Positions 26,902 to 38,677 of a stretch of 64,000 nt of DNA are shown in pieces. The translations under genes were made by a program, and so were the position numbers. How positions within the stretch are numbered: position 1 is the stretch's first letter; every line of letters begins with the position of its first letter. The DNA comes from Microthyrium microscopicum (taxonomy: Eukaryota), in assembly GCA_010405405.1 (NCBI GenBank), contig MU004237.1:720191-784190 (forward strand). The letters run 5' to 3'. The notes below the pieces were generated by a model. That model saw only the letters and a list, made by a program, of their open reading frames with translations, did no database searches and was not told where the DNA came from.

Positions 26902-29394
26902 TCACCCACCATCCGTGACAGCCTTCCTCCTCTTCTCAATATCCCCCAACGTAACCTTCTCCCCCATCCGAAACGTCTCATTAATCAACGTATCCAAACT
27001 CACCGCCGCACTACTCATCCGACCCCCAAGATAGCTCATCAAAGCCTCCGCGTCCCGACACTCCATCAGCCCCTTGCGATTCAGCTTCAACAACGCAAGC
27101 GCAAAGCAAAACACAAATCGCCCATCGCAAAACCCGAAAACTAAATCCCACAAACGATACAGTGCTTCGCCATTGACGCATGCGGCGAATCCGCTGATGA
27201 ACCAGCCGGGCGTAAACATGGTGAGCGGTGCACCTGAAGCGAGCAGGTGTTTGTGCAAAGAGGGAAAGAGCTCGGAGACGTAAGTCGTGATGACTTGGCC
27301 ATCGCGCTCGAGAATTGCGCCGGAGATAGTGCCGTCGCGCGCGTAGTACGTTGAGGGCAGGATGTCTTTTACGAGGACTTCGAGGAGGGCGAAACCGTCT
27401 TCCGGGGCGGGCACCATCAGGAGGAGGTTGGCGGCGATTATATTGAGACCTTGGGAGTAGCCAATGTCTGGATTTTGGCGTGCGAATGCGGTGAGGAGAT
27501 CGCGGAGTCGGGTCTTGCCGACACCTTCGCGGAAGAAAACGTTGTTGCTTAGGGTGCGCTCGACGTCTACGCGGATTTCTTTGAGTGCGACGGCATCGTC
27601 GGTGGAGCTGGCGGTTAGGAGGGAGGCGTAGTGCTCTGCGTCGCGGATGTTGGCGGCGCCGCTGCGTTCGAGCCAGACTTCACGGCGGAAGGTGACGGGG
27701 ACACCGCGTCGGATGAGCTGGTTGAAGGTTACCCGGATTTCTGGCGAAACATGACTGGCACTGCAGAGGGCGGTGACACCAGCGATAGAGTGCTCGTCCA
27801 GGGGGTCATCGGTGGGTTGGTGTTTTTGGAGGAGATCGCGGGTTTGCTCGTAAAAGTTCGCCCACGCGTTTGTGCGGCGCTTCTGTTGGAGATCATAGGC
27901 TTGGTTTAGCTTGATGAGAAGTGATGACAATGCTTTGGAGTTTTGGACAGGCGGCGGATTCAATAAGGATTGGAGAGAGTTTGTGGCCACTGTTGATGCC
28001 GCTGGACCAATTCCCCCTGAAACATGCGTAGCGGTAACTGGACTTGCAAACCCACTGTTCTCTCTTTTTAAAGTTGCTGTTGCTTTATCTACGTCAATAA
28101 AGATTCTAGAACTACTCTCGGATCGAAATATTAGTCTTGCTGCTGGAGTCATGGGTGCATCGCAAAGCAATTCGTTAGTCGATATCATGCTCTCATCGTC
28201 GTCCTTTGGATTGCTGTTTATGGATGAGCTTTCCGAAATATCCTCTGTTTTAGTAAATTCCGCTTCTTGGTGCCGTCTTTCTCGGTCTGGCGTAATATAA
28301 AAACCCATCCGGTCCACCAATACTTCGGATGGAGTTCCACCATCACGGAGAGCTGGTGGCAACAGAACAATATCAACAGGCGATTTCATTTCAACCACTT
28401 CAGTTTTCACGGTCGAAGCTAGTCGATGAGCTGGTTTTGGGGGTTTGAGACCTTGTTTCTTGGGCCGTATCGTGTCTATTGATTTTCCTCTTGATACGGG
28501 CGTGATTGCTGCTTCTATCGATTGGCTGGATTCTGCTTCGGTACTAGCGATGGAAGACCCATCCGGAAAGACAAAGTCGTCGGACAGAGATACTAGAATC
28601 GTGCCACTTGTATCTTCGAAGGCGTATGGTCCAGCTGGACTTTCCAATATTTGTACTTGAGGAGCTGGAGAAAGATTTTGTTCTACCTTGCCCACATATC
28701 GAGCAAATAGTTTTTTCGTCGTCGCCAGTTGTTTTCTCAGGTCATCCATCTCGTCTTCTTTGTCCTCCATTTGAGCTCGTAGTTGTCGATTTTCCTCGAC
28801 AATTTTCAACTTGCTATTCCTTTCCGCAGCCACTCGTTGATTTGTCTCTGCCAAATCCGAAGAGTACTTTTTTATTGTAGCAACAGGGCCTCCACTCGAA
28901 CTAATTATGCGTTGCACATGTTCCTCGCTCGCGCCAGCTAGTGGATCCCCTGCATCTCCATCAAGGCCAGAAAAGATGCGATGCGGCGACTCGGGTGCAC
29001 TACTCCGCGCCGTTATTGTATCCATGATGCTTTTCCTCAAACTCGCCGCAGCCTGCACGGTACGATTCATGGCGGATGGGCTCGCTTGGGTATCCGCCGA
29101 GGCCTTTCGTGATTGTATTGGCGTTGAAGCATTCCGAAAGCCACGCTTCATGGCACGTGGAGTCTCGTGCTCAGCGCCTGGAGACGCGCTAGGCGAGGAA
29201 GTCTTCTTCTTGGAGCGCGTAACTTCGGGAGGAGAGAAGGAGGGGAACGAGGTGAGAAAGGTAGGCGAAGGTGTGGATTTGGACTTGGCAAGGGAGTTGC
29301 TGCTCGTGGTGCGGACAGGATCTGGCTGCGAGGTCTCTGTGGAAGGGCGACGGGTGTCTCGACTGCGGCTGGCTTGTCGGCGGTTATCAACCAT
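26902..29394 (-). CDS. TBC-domain Rab GTPase-activating protein with N-terminal coiled coil
   Basis: RRGVP..FRREVW, IRVDVERT (Arg finger), GYSQGLN (Gln finger), RLWD. Confidence 0.92.
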   Translation of the reverse strand: MVDNRRQASRSRDTRRPSTETSQPDPVRTTSSNSLAKSKSTPSPTFLTSFPSFSPPEVTRSKKKTSSPSASPGAEHETPRAMKRGFRNASTPIQSRKASADTQASPSAMNRTVQAAASLRKSIMDTITARSSAPESPHRIFSGLDGDAGDPLAGASEEHVQRIISSSGGPVATIKKYSSDLAETNQRVAAERNSKLKIVEENRQLRAQMEDKEDEMDDLRKQLATTKKLFARYVGKVEQNLSPAPQVQILESPAGPYAFEDTSGTILVSLSDDFVFPDGSSIASTEAESSQSIEAAITPVSRGKSIDTIRPKKQGLKPPKPAHRLASTVKTEVVEMKSPVDIVLLPPALRDGGTPSEVLVDRMGFYITPDRERRHQEAEFTKTEDISESSSINSNPKDDDESMISTNELLCDAPMTPAARLIFRSESSSRIFIDVDKATATLKRENSGFASPVTATHVSGGIGPAASTVATNSLQSLLNPPPVQNSKALSSLLIKLNQAYDLQQKRRTNAWANFYEQTRDLLQKHQPTDDPLDEHSIAGVTALCSASHVSPEIRVTFNQLIRRGVPVTFRREVWLERSGAANIRDAEHYASLLTASSTDDAVALKEIRVDVERTLSNNVFFREGVGKTRLRDLLTAFARQNPDIGYSQGLNIIAANLLLMVPAPEDGFALLEVLVKDILPSTYYARDGTISGAILERDGQVITTYVSELFPSLHKHLLASGAPLTMFTPGWFISGFAACVNGEALYRLWDLVFGFCDGRFVFCFALALLKLNRKGLMECRDAEALMSYLGGRMSSAAVSLDTLINETFRMGEKVTLGDIEKRRKAVTDGG

Positions 29395-30174
29395 GGTGGC
29401 AGCTGTATTTGCAGGAGCTGGGTTGAACTATCAGCAGCGGCTGTAAACGCGGCGAGTGGGCGTGGTAGGAGATGTGGGGCGGCATGTGTTTGGTTTTAGG
29501 CTTTTTACAGGGACTGAGGGGAGGTATTGTATGACAGCATGGTGTTCACTTAGTTAAAAGGTTAAAGCCGTAGGAATGGTGTTTTGTTGGCAAAAGAGGA
29601 TATGGGAAAGGTTAGATGGGAGTTGGGAAAACGCGTGTGATGACGATTGATTTGGAGGGATGGAGGGCAACTGGGATCAAAGAATCTCGGATTCATAATG
29701 CCTGTCCAACTCCCGCCTGTAGGACCTGTCTAAACAAAACCACCAGCCCGGTCTTCGTCCTATATAATTCTGTCGACTCATGTAGAGTGCTGCAAATCTA
29801 GAATGCATATCAAACGAGTAGAATCTTCTATTTGTCTGAGCATATTCTGAACGGTGCCACGAGACAGACTTGACAGACTAGGCCCAAACAAGCTATACAA
29901 AGTCCTAAATAGGCAGGTAGCTAAAAGGGAAAATTTCACATCTTTGTTTCCTTCTATAAATTGGTTCTATCATTATACCTGAGCAGAAAGAATTCGAAAA
30001 GATGGTTTCATGGCCATGTACACAGCGATAAGCTCTCATGAAATGTAAACATATAAGCTAGCCTGATCGTCACTCAGCCTTGTCATCTCCAACTTCATCC
30101 CATCAACTTAACCACCATCTCCACCTTATATCTCGCCCACGCAATCCACAAGAGCTTCGAATGGCCTCTTAACA

Positions 30175-31137
30175 ATGCCCATGACCGAAGAGCAAGCCAC
30201 AACAGCCGCTCTATCCGCCATAACCAACCCTTCTCCCGCGCAAATCGCCGCAGCCACCGAAGTCGCCCTCATCCTCGCCTCCGGCACCGACGACTCCTTC
30301 ATCGACGTCCACCAGCTCTTCGCCCTCTACAACGCCCTCTACTTCCGCTCCCTCCTTATGGCCCGCGTAGAATTAACCTGGTCCCCACGCCTAACCCTCT
30401 GCGCCGGAATCTGCGAACTAACCCGCGACAAAACAACCCGTCAAAACAGAGTGAAGCTCAAACTCTCCGAACCGCTCCTCAAATACCGCCCACGCTCTGA
30501 TCTCCTAAACACACTCCTCCACGAATCCATCCACGCTTATTTCTTTGTCGTCTGTCCAGCAGCACATATCCGCGACCCAGATGGGGGTCATGGAGCAGGG
30601 TTCACGGCGTTGGCAGACGCGATTAATGGCCATGGCGGATATGGCGTGACGCAGTTCCATACTTTTCATGATGAGGTTGATAGTTATCGGACACATGTGT
30701 GGCTGTGTGATGGGCCGTGTAGATTGCACGGCCCGTATTTTGGGCTTGTGAAGAGGGCGATGAATAGGGCGCCGGGGAAGAGTGATGGGTGGTGGGAGAG
30801 GCATGCGAGAGAATGTGGTGGGGTTTATGTGAAGATGGGGGAGCCGGAGATGAGTAGGGCGCAGGTGGAGAAGTTGACTGGGTTGAAGAGGGCGGGGAGG
30901 CAGAAGAATAAGATTGATGGGTGGGTTAAAGGTGGGAAGAAGGATGAGATTGTTGGGGACAAGACAAGCAATGATGCTGAATCTAAGCCATTGAACAGTA
31001 TGAAGAGAGCTCTGAGTTCAGAGATAGAAGCTGGAGATCAGGGACTTAAGGTTGCTCTAATCGCATGTCCTATTTGTGACAAGTCTATCAAAGATATATA
31101 CATAAATGAGCATCTGGATGCTGAGCATCCTCCATGA
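30175..31137 (+). CDS. SprT-like (Spartan/DVC1) DNA-protein crosslink protease with C-terminal UBZ zinc finger
   Basis: WSPRLTLCAGIC, LSEPLLKYRPRSD, HESIH (HExxH), HTFHDEVDSYRTHVW, CPIC..INEHLD. Confidence 0.92.
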   Translation: MPMTEEQATTAALSAITNPSPAQIAAATEVALILASGTDDSFIDVHQLFALYNALYFRSLLMARVELTWSPRLTLCAGICELTRDKTTRQNRVKLKLSEPLLKYRPRSDLLNTLLHESIHAYFFVVCPAAHIRDPDGGHGAGFTALADAINGHGGYGVTQFHTFHDEVDSYRTHVWLCDGPCRLHGPYFGLVKRAMNRAPGKSDGWWERHARECGGVYVKMGEPEMSRAQVEKLTGLKRAGRQKNKIDGWVKGGKKDEIVGDKTSNDAESKPLNSMKRALSSEIEAGDQGLKVALIACPICDKSIKDIYINEHLDAEHPP

Positions 31138-31184
31138 CCCAACCATCTCTATCGACACATCTAGCTGCCCACATCGAGGGCCTT

Positions 31185-32128
31185 CTAAGACACAATCCTC
31201 ATCAATCGTCCCGCAAAACCCTTCGGCTCAACAAACAATGCTGTCCCCTCCACCAACGTCCTGCCCGGTGCCCCATCCGTCGGCGCAGTCTCTATCCGTC
31301 CCTTAACATATGCCTTCCGTCCCTCCACCTTCGTCGTCTGCCCTCTCATAACTACAAACTGTCCCGCCTTGCACGGCGACCGATAATCCAGCTCCAAATG
31401 CGCCGTAACACCCACCTTGTTCGGCAATGCCGCAAAACACGTCCTCGCTAACCCCTCGTCCATCAACGTCGCCAATAAACCTCCATGCACGATCCCTGGG
31501 TGTCCACAAACATCTGGCCCGAGCCACGCAATACTCACCAACTCCATACCATCGCCCGTCGTAAACACTAAAGGTGGCACAGGGATTTTGTCTTTTGAGA
31601 GAAGATGGCCGGCGGTAAAGCTGTGGGGACGCAAATCGGCTGGCATTTTTAAATGGGGGCGGGAGGAGCGCCATTTTGGATCTGATTGGAGTTCGCGGAC
31701 GAGCGGGTGGGATTGTAGACGGGCTTCGATTTCAGCTGCTTGAGAGTCGGCATCGGGATTGAACATGGAGAGAGTGGATGCGTCGGATGGCTGGGTTAGG
31801 ACCGCGACATAGGTTTTTATTGTGGTGTTGTTGGCGAGGGTGTAGCCGGTTGCGAAGGAGAGGGTTATGCCGAGGGCGGTAAAGGCCCAGCGGATGAAGC
31901 GGTTGGTGGGCTCGGGTGGTGGAGGAGGAACTGATCATTAAGTTAGTATGAGGTATGGCTTGAAAGTTCGAATGTATGTATACGTTGTTCTGTTGACATG
32001 TATCGTTGCTGGAGGGAGTTACGAGACTGCTGGAGGAGCTGGGGATGGCGCGTGAGGGATAGTCGTGGGTTTGCCCATTGGAGCTGTCTGCCAAAGACCA
32101 TGCGACTGGCAGAGGATTTGAGGGCCAT
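31185..32128 (-). CDS. Mitochondrial hotdog-fold thioesterase (THEM4/Fmp10-like)
   Basis: CGHPGIVHGGLLATLMDE motif, Arg/Ser-rich presequence, intron 31931-31983. Confidence 0.88.
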
Positions 32129-32463
32129 GGTCTGTGGAATTTAATCTTGATGATACCGGCTGTCGTTGCGGATGTTGCAACTTTGGTGTCTTCGGATAAA
32201 AACCAACCTTCGGGGATTACGGATATAAGATTCAGCCTTAGCATATTAATAACCTGCTTCAAGCCCAACGCGCAAAGCGCGCTTATTATCAACTTTCGAT
32301 CGATCAGTTTCATTCATCATCGATATTTTGTCACGCGTTACTTTTCTTTTTGACGACTTATCACAATGTAAGCACAGCGCGAGCTCTTTGCAATCAACAA
32401 ACACTTTCGGATTTCAGCCAAAATCTTAACAAGACATTAGCAAAGTGCCAAGAACACCTAGAG

Positions 32464-34208
32464 ATGGGAGAACGCTTGCTAGACGCGCCAGTGGAGTCGT
32501 GAGTTGTCCCTTAATCTGATTGGCGTTATGGTCATTGCCACTTTCATCCGATCCCGTACCTTCCGCTGTTTTTTACAAAGTTCAAAAGATTGACTCTTGC
32601 TAATTGTATTTATAGTCTTCTGATTGAGATTATTGACAGCGATGGAGATGTCGATCTTTACGTTGAGAAGAAAGGCAGAATTCGGGTCTCTTCAAAAATA
32701 CTCTCACTATATTCCCCAGTCTTCGATAGGCTGCTTCATGGCAGTTTTAAAGAAGCAATGGAATTCTCCAAGTCGTCTGGCAAAATCTTTGACCTTGAGC
32801 TTCCAGAAGATAGCTATTATGGAATGCTCACTTGGTGTAGACTTTTGTACCATCGTCTAGGTAAGCCCCTTCAGTCTTTACTGTCCTTACTACTGCATCA
32901 ATGTTTTCGGGAAAAGATTAGAATGCCACGGTCCGATCGCAGTTGAACAGTATTGTCATCATGTATATCTAAGTTGTCAATACGGAGTATGGTACTAACA
33001 GTCACACAGATCTTCCACCTAACCTAGATGCTGCAATTTCCTACCCAGGGCGAATGGCTTTTTCAACATACGATGCTCGACAAGAGACGGCAAGGCTACA
33101 GCAAATATTTTCCAAAACATTTCACAATGAGATGTATGAGAAATCTCTCCAATTCCGGGATTTTGTCCTTACGTCCGATAAATATCAGTACCTACTCCCT
33201 ATTGACCCAGACTCCCCTTCAGATAACCTGATGCACTGCTGAATTGTTTGCATTTGGCATTCCCACTGGAAAACATTTCAGTGAATGATTAATCATCCTA
33301 CTTGACTATCACTAGTCGAAGTTTCTTGGTATCATAGCACAACAGTACTCGTGATTATTGTTCCCCACTGACAGTTTATACAGGTCCACTTCAATTTGCT
33401 CCCTTTACATTTCATCTTGGCTAGATTCACTCATGTCGCATTGTGAAAGGCAAGGCACTAGCAGACTCTTCGAGTGCTTGACACCGTACTCAATAGCTGA
33501 ATGCGCGGTCATTATTAAGGCCACCAATCTATACCGCAGAGCTACAAAATGGCTTGTTCGATACAGCTACCCAGTTGCTCGCGGGTCTGGGATCGCCAAC
33601 AACAACTACCGCACCAGCCACCCAAGTCTTCCCGAAACTTTAGGTAAGCTCACAATGACGCTGTCCGCGAAATACTCATTAATTTGCGATCAGGATGTGA
33701 TATCTATGTGGCACAGAGCGGCCAAATCCGAAACATCAAGCTTCAGCTCTGTCAGCTTTTACGCCATCTCAGTCTTGTAGCATCTACAACTGGTGATCGA
33801 TTCGGTGAGGGAATCAGTCTACTGAACAGTGAAGCGGAACTTCCCTCGCGTCCAGTTCACGGGAATCGTGGGGACGCAATCCTTCCCGCAGAAGACATGG
33901 AAGATGATGGTCCCGCACCTGGCTGGAGTGTATGTTATACTCCGGGCTTACACGATATTGCCCTTCTGACCGAGTTTACTGGCCAACTGTCGAGCTATCA
34001 TCTGGGGCCATTTGCTTTGGAAGGGGAGAATTTGGATGGCCATATAGACGCGATAGCGAGTGTCAATGTTTTTGGATGGTCGTTGATGGACTCGACGGCG
34101 CATAACTCATCGTGTAATGCATGTTATATGAACATACAGGGAGAACTCGAGAAAATCCTGGAGGTCCGGGATCAGATCGATGGATTTGAGCCACCGTATT
34201 GGAATTGA
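32464..34208 (+). CDS. BTB/POZ domain protein, 5 exons
   Basis: IIDSDGDVDL..RVSSKILSLYSPVFDRLLHGSFKEA..LELPED, later SDKYQ. Introns at about 32499-32615, 32861-33009, 33188-33383 and 33644-33693 keep the frame. Confidence 0.75.
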
Positions 34209-34807
34209 TATCGTCCTTTTCTCTTTAATTTCGAAACACGTACCTTTGGCGACAGTTGTTATGATTTTTAGTGCGGAGTTCTGATGGACTACAATATCAA
34301 GAACAGATGGTAAGCTCACCGAAATGCAACATCCCATTGCTGTACCCATGATCCGCCCCAACTATAGGCCTGATGAACAGCTCATTTCCTCACAGACCAT
34401 TGCTGGCACTTCAGTCTTAGTAAATGGCAAAGCATAATCTTATGAGCGATGCCATCGAGATTGCAGACCGTCTCAATAAGATATGGCAGGTCTGCCAGGC
34501 CGAGATCGATGACTTAGAGCCTCTGTACCGGGACTGACAGTAGTGGCGGCTCACGAATGTTTCTATGAACGACATGAGCTAAATCCGAATCGGTCGTTCA
34601 TAAGTTTGGTGATGGAGAGCTAGAATTTGTCGAATCTCCAGCTCAGGCGTTTCGACCGCAGCCGCTATATGGAATTCCTATGAGAATCCTTGAATATAAC
34701 TTGTCACTCTTAGATTATACAAGGCGAGGGGCTTAGAGGGCATTCACTTTTCATTCCAGCAGAGACCTATACAGGAACCAAAGCGTTACACTGCAACTGG
34801 GTATGGT

Positions 34808-36033
34808 CTACCTAGTAGTGAATAGAATATTTCCTGCAGCGTCTTTGCGCAAAGCGGTGGCATAGTCTTTGGTAGGATCAAATTCCTCCCACAAGCTCGC
34901 CGGAAAGATGTGCTTGTTCTTTTCGTACCACCGCCGGTCCACAACCTTGGTTTCGGAAGCATCATCATCAAAGCCCTCCAGTTCCTCATCCGCAAATTGG
35001 GAAGTTTTGTCTTTCTTTTTGCGCGGCGCCATAGGGTCGTAATTGGCGTCAACTTCTTCTTCAGTCTCCAGTTTAGGAGTGCACTTGGTTGGCTCTGCTG
35101 AATAGTCGAAGAGACGACCGTTGAAGCCTACGGATTTGTTCACCATGAAATAATAGAACTCAAAGTGCTAACAGACTCGTCAGTACTCTGACAATGTGTA
35201 ATATGTGGAAATACATACCGGAGGAATAATGATATCATCTTTCACAAGCATCAAATCATCCACACTGATTCTTGCCCATCCTTTGCGAGCGCTGTCACCC
35301 ATCTCTGCACCAGCTTTCCTAGCCTTATCTAGGAAGAGCCAGACATGATCGCCTTTTTTGACTCTGACCTGGCCTCCAGGAATTGCTGCGCCATCATAAA
35401 GCATGTACGGAATGATCATCTCGGTAGCCTTGACCGACTCTTGCATGTTCAGAAAGTCCTTTCGTAGTTGTTCTCTTGTCTGTGCTTCTTTTAGCAGTGC
35501 TGACTTGGTCATGACTTTCGGTGCTCCCGAGATAGTGGAGTTTGGCCCTAGGCGTTTCCGTATTGGTGCATCTGCATCCTTTGCAGTTGCTGGATCGAGC
35601 TGTGGGATTGGTGTACTGGACTTGGAAATGTTCGGTGTTGCGCCTACACTTGCGAAATCTTCTTCCTCTTCGTCCATAAGAAATGAAAGTTTTCCTTTGC
35701 TCTTGTTCTTTTTAGATTTTTTCTTAGCTGGTTGAGGCGTCAGCGCGCTGTACTTGGCAAATTAGCTCTGCCCATAAAATGAACTGTCGAGGGAACTTGC
35801 GAAACTTACCCTTCACGTGGAGTTGATGCGCCAGAACTGTCCACAGGCAAACGTGTAGTTTGTTCGATGGCTTCTACCCGACGCTTGCGGTAATCAGACA
35901 AGTTGACCAGTCCAACCGTCTGCGATTTCAATACGTCTTCTGCATCTTGTTGTTGACCAGTGAATCTATTCCCTGGAGTTGCGCCTGGAGTGCCGCTCCG
36001 AGAGTCTGGGGCGGATGGGGGATTCGAGACCAT
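34808..36033 (-). CDS. XAP5: XAP5/FAM50 family nuclear splicing-associated protein
   Basis: LKSQTVGLVNLSDYRKRR, DDLMLVK, RLFDYS, TKVVDRRWYEKNKHIFPASLWEEFDP. Two introns. Confidence 0.92.
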
Positions 36034-36719
36034 GCCGATGAGTGATTGTTGACTTTTGGGTTTTAAGTGGAAAAGATCTTTGCAAATCTGACTGTGGCTT
36101 TAGCGATGGATGAATCCTCAGATCTCCTCATTGTTGAGTGAGGTCATGTTGGAGATTTAGCTAGTCCCAAGATGGCTAGCTCAGTTCATGTGTGCACGGG
36201 CCAGACGTTCATTGTTCTTCTTGTCGCCGTGTCGCGTCAACTGTTTCGTCTCTACTTCCTTGTTCATCACGCGTCTTCAGTTATGAACAATAGCTATGAG
36301 CTTGAAAAGATGTGGCCCGAAATCCAAACGGCGAACCTTCAAGTCAAAGATAGGCTCTGTATCAGGCAAAGACTCGTCGTATACAGACTCAGAGAAGGCT
36401 GATAAGGCTAGCCGTCTACTGCAGAGCTCAAAGACAAAGTCTGACAACGATCGGACAAGTTAGCTCAGCACTAATCACTGTCCAAAATGAGTGCTGTGAG
36501 TCGTATGTATGAGATATCATGAAGCTGCATGTAAGCTAGTCGATTGGAAGGTGCACCACCAAGCCTATCGTACCTTCCTCTTTCTGAGCTTAGTCAAGTC
36601 TGCAACTACGTATTATCTTGATCAGTTGACGTGTCCATCCGATGCTCACCAACCTCAGCGCACAGTTTCACGGAAGTACAACCGCCAACATGAATGCTCA
36701 AGGCCAGATCCCAGGACTT

Positions 36720-37957
36720 ATGGAGCTCACCATGCGCTGCAACCAATTAGACTGCCGAATTGAGCTCAACGAGACGGCGGTGGTCACAACATGCAGGTAG
36801 GTTTTGAGTCTGTATGATAGTAACATGTTGAGGGACTAAAAGTTGACCATGATTACAGTCATATGTTTTGCCTGGAGTGTGCTCAAGCGAAATCGCTTTT
36901 TACCACCAACCGCAGTGCAAGACAGTGCCCAGCATGTAGTATTGGACTTCCAGCCGAGGACGACTGCGTTGCCACCGCCTTAAATCCTCGAGAGGACTAC
37001 AAGACCAGTATTCTAAGTGGACTCAGCCCAGCTATCATCATGGAGTGTGCCACACGAGCACTGGCATTTTACAGCTATCAGGCATCTAGTGCAGTGTATG
37101 TCGCCTGTCTGTGATTCTCAGAGGCGTCTACTAAACAATTTAGGTCTTACCAAGAGTATCGGACAAATTCAATTAATCGCCAGGCCAACAGCAAGATTCA
37201 TCATTTGGAGGACGTCATACATCAAGCAAATGGCGAGATCATGAAACTTCGCGATGCTCTTGACAGTAGGTTCTGATGCTATAAGAGATCTCAGCTCTGA
37301 CAAAAGGCAGCTCAGCAAGCAACTATTGCCAGTCTGGAGAACAAGCATCTTGAATTGTCCGCAGCATTCAAAGAAAAGAGCAGAGCATTGTCTGAGACGC
37401 AACACAAGTACCAACAGCTCAAGGCTCAAGCGATGGCTACGGAAATGCAATATGCGGCCTCGGACGATGCAGAACACAGTCTTCGTGTCTCTCAGACCCC
37501 AGGAGGAAGATTTAGCAATACTATGCGGCGAACAAGCGCCATTCCCTCGCAGTACAGTCGAGTTACAAGCAGGGATCCAATGGCAGTCCAAGACCATCAG
37601 CGCGCTCGTACTCGACACTCGAACGTCCCTATGGAGAATGGTAATGCTTTGTCCCCAACTCGAATACCAACGCTGACAAACAAAGAAATAGCCTTTGGCA
37701 TGACGCCATCTAGACAAAGACCTCGAACTCACATTCCTCAGCCTATAGGAGAGTATAGCGTCCAAATGCCACAGTCCACCACGAGGGTCCATGCCAGTCG
37801 TGGCGAAAACTTCAGTCCAGTTCTACCTACGCGCCATACCAACCGCTCTCCAGGCATGGGCATCTCGGGGCCTTCAAAACGCAGCACACAGGATTCCGTG
37901 CGCGTGCGGGGCTTGAACAACAGTGGATCAAGAGGCCCCAGTGGCTATTCATTCTGA
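36720..37957 (+). CDS. HEI10: Meiotic RING E3 ligase HEI10/CCNB1IP1
   Basis: MELTMRCN..C..AVVTTC|SHMFCLEC..CPAC..LNPREDYKTSILSGLSP.IIMECA.RAL.F, then a coiled coil and an S/R-rich tail. Three introns. Confidence 0.9.
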
Positions 37958-38677
37958 GAGCACAGGCTTCCGCAAACGAAGCGTAGGTCCAGCAGGGACA
38001 GACTCTTAGACCTTTTAAGTTTCTACAAGTATGGAACACGTACAGCTCACTACCTTATGGCTTTTTTGCAGACGGAGAATTTCGATTATTATACATGTAA
38101 GGCATCTTGATGCCCTTCAGGTCGACCTTCATAGTCCAGATTGATATGCAATCGAGGATCTAGATTTCTGATATCCATCAAAAAATACTGACAGCTATAT
38201 CTCGGACGGCAATCTCTACACTATGAGAACAAAGGCATTGTCTATTGGTAGGACAACGCACTGGTAACATAAGTGCTTCCCATCATCATCTTCCTATAAA
38301 GCTCGCTGCACAATGGACAATCTAGTGAATGGCAATTATGGCTACATACCGATTGTCTTTGTCGCCTCAGCCAAAGCGGTAAGGCCTTGAACAAAGAAAT
38401 CAATCTCTTGACTCCTTTAGATAAAGAACGACTTCGCCTCTGAAAAGAAAGGAATCTCGCATAATCCGTTGCAAGACCAATTTAAACTACCATTTCCCAA
38501 AGATACTATGGAGGTCTCATTATTCGATAGTAAACTAACGTTACAGAAAATTTCTGTTCTTACACTCTTTGACTTCCGGAAAGTCCCAAACATTTTACAG
38601 AACAACAGTACAAACATTTTATTTTCAACATACATTCAGAGCTGGTCTAAGTTCTTTGAGCCTATACCAACGACTCC

